A DNA stretch of 64,000 nt from Paraphysomonas bandaiensis. Taxonomy: Eukaryota > Protista > Chrysophyceae. The notes under the pieces were generated by a model. The model was not told the origin of the DNA. It made no database searches and was given only the letters and a program-made list of their open reading frames with translations. The stretch is from the NCBI GenBank assembly GCA_965644295.1, contig CBFFRP010000152.1, forward strand, positions 170,151 through 234,150, given 5' to 3'. Below, in pieces: positions 62,185 through 64,000 of the stretch; position 1 is the first letter of the stretch; each line of letters begins with the position of its first letter. The position numbers and the translations under genes were made by a program.

Positions 62185-64000
62185 CGCCGGTGAGTCCACG
62201 GACACACGATAAAGGCGAATTTCATATCACACAAAAGAACGGAAGTGGTTGCACCTTGGTGCTTGCGGCGACGCACAAGCAGCTTTCGTAGCGTTAAATA
62301 GTAGGATAAAAGAGTTTGTATTGATTAGTTACGGGTAGTGGTCTAACTAGTATGACTAGCATTCTTCTAGCCACTAATTGATGCAAGGTCTCAACGCCTA
62401 TTGCTAAATAATCAGACATTCACTACTGTTCTGTGAGGGGAGTGGAGTGGTGGAGGGTGTCGTTGTTTCCTTGCATCGCTTGGGCACCAGGCATAGGTGT
62501 AGTTGCCGGAGACGGCGCCTTTGTCGAGGGCCAGATGTTTTCAAGCAGTCCGGTGCTTTATTCCTGCGTGCATGAGAGGTGGTGCATGTGGTTGCAGTGG
62601 ATGGTAGTCCCGTCTCTGGTCGTCTTTGGACTCCTAGTAATCGTAGCACCCTTGGGCGTTTCCATTTCCGTTTGTGTTGCGGGCGCGGTCGCGGGAGTAA
62701 CCTAGGGGGTCCTTTGTGTGAGGTAATGTATCGTCGACTTCGGTCCTGAATCATTAATTTAGCGGCGTCGAAAAGCGGTTGAAGCAAGCTGATGACCGCT
62801 GTTTCGAGATTGCGCAGACCTTGGGGTGTCAAGGGCTCATGGATGTGATCTCCAAAAATCGTCTCTAGTTGTGCAGTGGTGATGGTACCTGTCCAGAATC
62901 TTTCCACCTGTGGCACGGAAGGGTTCCAGGCCCGGTTGGACAGTGGTGGTCCAATGGGGTAAAACCGAATTTCTCAGTACCTCTTGTAGTGCGTTTTTGT
63001 GGCTGTGAAATGCAGACTCCCTTATCTGCGTGATGGCGTCATTTGTACAGTCTAGACACATGTGCTTGAGGGAGTCCAATCTAAATCCGCAGTCCAATCT
63101 TTGGTCAGGTCTAGTCCGTGTTTAGTTTTAGCCCGGTTTCGACCTATGCTGAAGGATTTGTCCCATGTCACTGCTGCATTGTGCACTCGTTGGCGTAGGT
63201 GGGAGCTATCTTTTTCCGTTGTTGGACCACCACCTGCTTGCGCCAGTTTGCGCAGGAGTAGTGCCCCACTGTCTGTCCAGTATCTGGGTGCCCTGTCGGG
63301 ATTGTGACCGTAGTGTTGATCTCTGTATGCAGTGTAGAACTCCAGCGTCCGTTATCTGCTGAGGGACTGATATATATTGATATATATTATATAGAAAAAG
63401 GCAGCTGGATTTTTACAACAAAAAATGTTGTTTTATAGTTGCACGCCATAACTGTAATCATCATCGATGTTGAATATGATCATGAATAATTGAGATCTGC
63501 TTCCGCTGTTGTCTGACTTTCTGATAGATCATGGTAGGCATTGTCAATTAAGCTCCGGCAAATTGCAATAATCACATTTGAACACATGTTAATGGTCTCT
63601 AGTGTGTACCTAGCTACATGTAGTTTGTACGTTTGTACCACTTAGTAAAATACACGAATTATACCTTGCCAGTGTGTCAATTACACTTACGATTATAGTT
63701 GAAAATCAATAAACTTTTCTTACCTCACCACCTTTGCTTTGAATTATTCTCACATTACACATGATATTTTAGCTTTTTATTGTGGATGAATGATAACATA
63801 ATGTTCTACCATATATAATATGTGCTCGTCCGACTGGGTTTCGGCCGAAGGGTGAGAGCCCAACAACATCCCTCAACAAATTCGGACTCGCACGTTTTCG
63901 TTCTGGGAGATAAGAACCGGAGAAATTTCTCCGGGAAACTAACGTGAGACGCATATTTGTAGCCAGCAGATAGCGTTCTGCCCACTCATAGCCTAATGCT

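Larger units (their letters stand above)
50090..62426 (+). mobile_element. Apparently full-length 12.3-kb non-LTR retrotransposon: ORF1 plus an OTU-OTU-OTU-SET-APE-RT-RNase H-CCHC polyprotein
   Basis: 13-bp TSD TGTTCTGTGAGGG at 50077-50089 and 62427-62439; A/C-rich coding strand; domain motifs listed in the features below; 3' UTR shared with the other copies. Confidence 0.93.
49735..63368 (-). mobile_element. Older 5'-truncated LINE copy (~1.3 kb), split into 49735-50089 and 62427-63368 by the full-length insertion
   Basis: Removing the inner element and one TSD copy restores ...TTPLPSQN|THLVLGTLRTLMQNP, colinear with the C-terminus of ORF 57136-62184; flanked by a 58-bp direct repeat (49677-49734 / 63376-63433, one mismatch). 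Confidence 0.9.

Noticed and set aside
62183-62222. Hammerhead- or HDV-like ribozyme (cggtgagtcc..ggac...ggcgaa)
   Set aside because: The core reads CCGGUGA rather than CUGANGA, GAAA does not follow stem II, and the HDV nested pseudoknot cannot be built.
49740-62420. ~250-bp inverted repeats flanking the retroelement, suggesting a DIRS-like or TIR-bearing retroelement
   Set aside because: Explained by nesting: the left repeat is the 3' UTR of an older minus-strand copy that continues at 62427, with a 13-bp TSD. No tyrosine recombinase is seen.

Overview
Eukaryotic nuclear DNA from a compact genome with short GT-AG introns (mostly ~45-90 nt); gene content and style suggest a stramenopile or other protist (inference). 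Host genes, mostly in head-to-head pairs: a coiled-coil protein running off the left edge, an IP3-receptor-like Ca2+ channel, a ZZ/RING-like zinc-finger protein, a nucleoside hydrolase, a UPF0598/C8orf82-like protein, RNA polymerase III subunit RPC2, a soluble-type adenylyl cyclase, a GH92 alpha-mannosidase and a FIG4/SAC phosphoinositide phosphatase. Mobile DNA: an apparently complete 6.3-kb Plavaka/CMC-type DNA transposon, a deleted hAT element with an 8-bp TSD, a 1.1-kb (TACA)n microsatellite and four insertions from one non-LTR retrotransposon lineage. Two things stand out. (1) The IP3R carries a complete extra four-helix voltage-sensor domain (S4 with Arg at every third position) inside its normally cytosolic armadillo region, plus a C-terminal C2-like domain. 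(2) The 12.3-kb full-length LINE encodes three OTU-like protease modules, a SET methyltransferase domain and a duplicated ...FSxDNSGDGP motif upstream of APE-RT-RNase H. It is nested inside an older relative, and the lineage leaves target-site duplications of 12 to ~144 bp. All calls come from reading motifs by eye; no database searches were run, so novelty is unverified.
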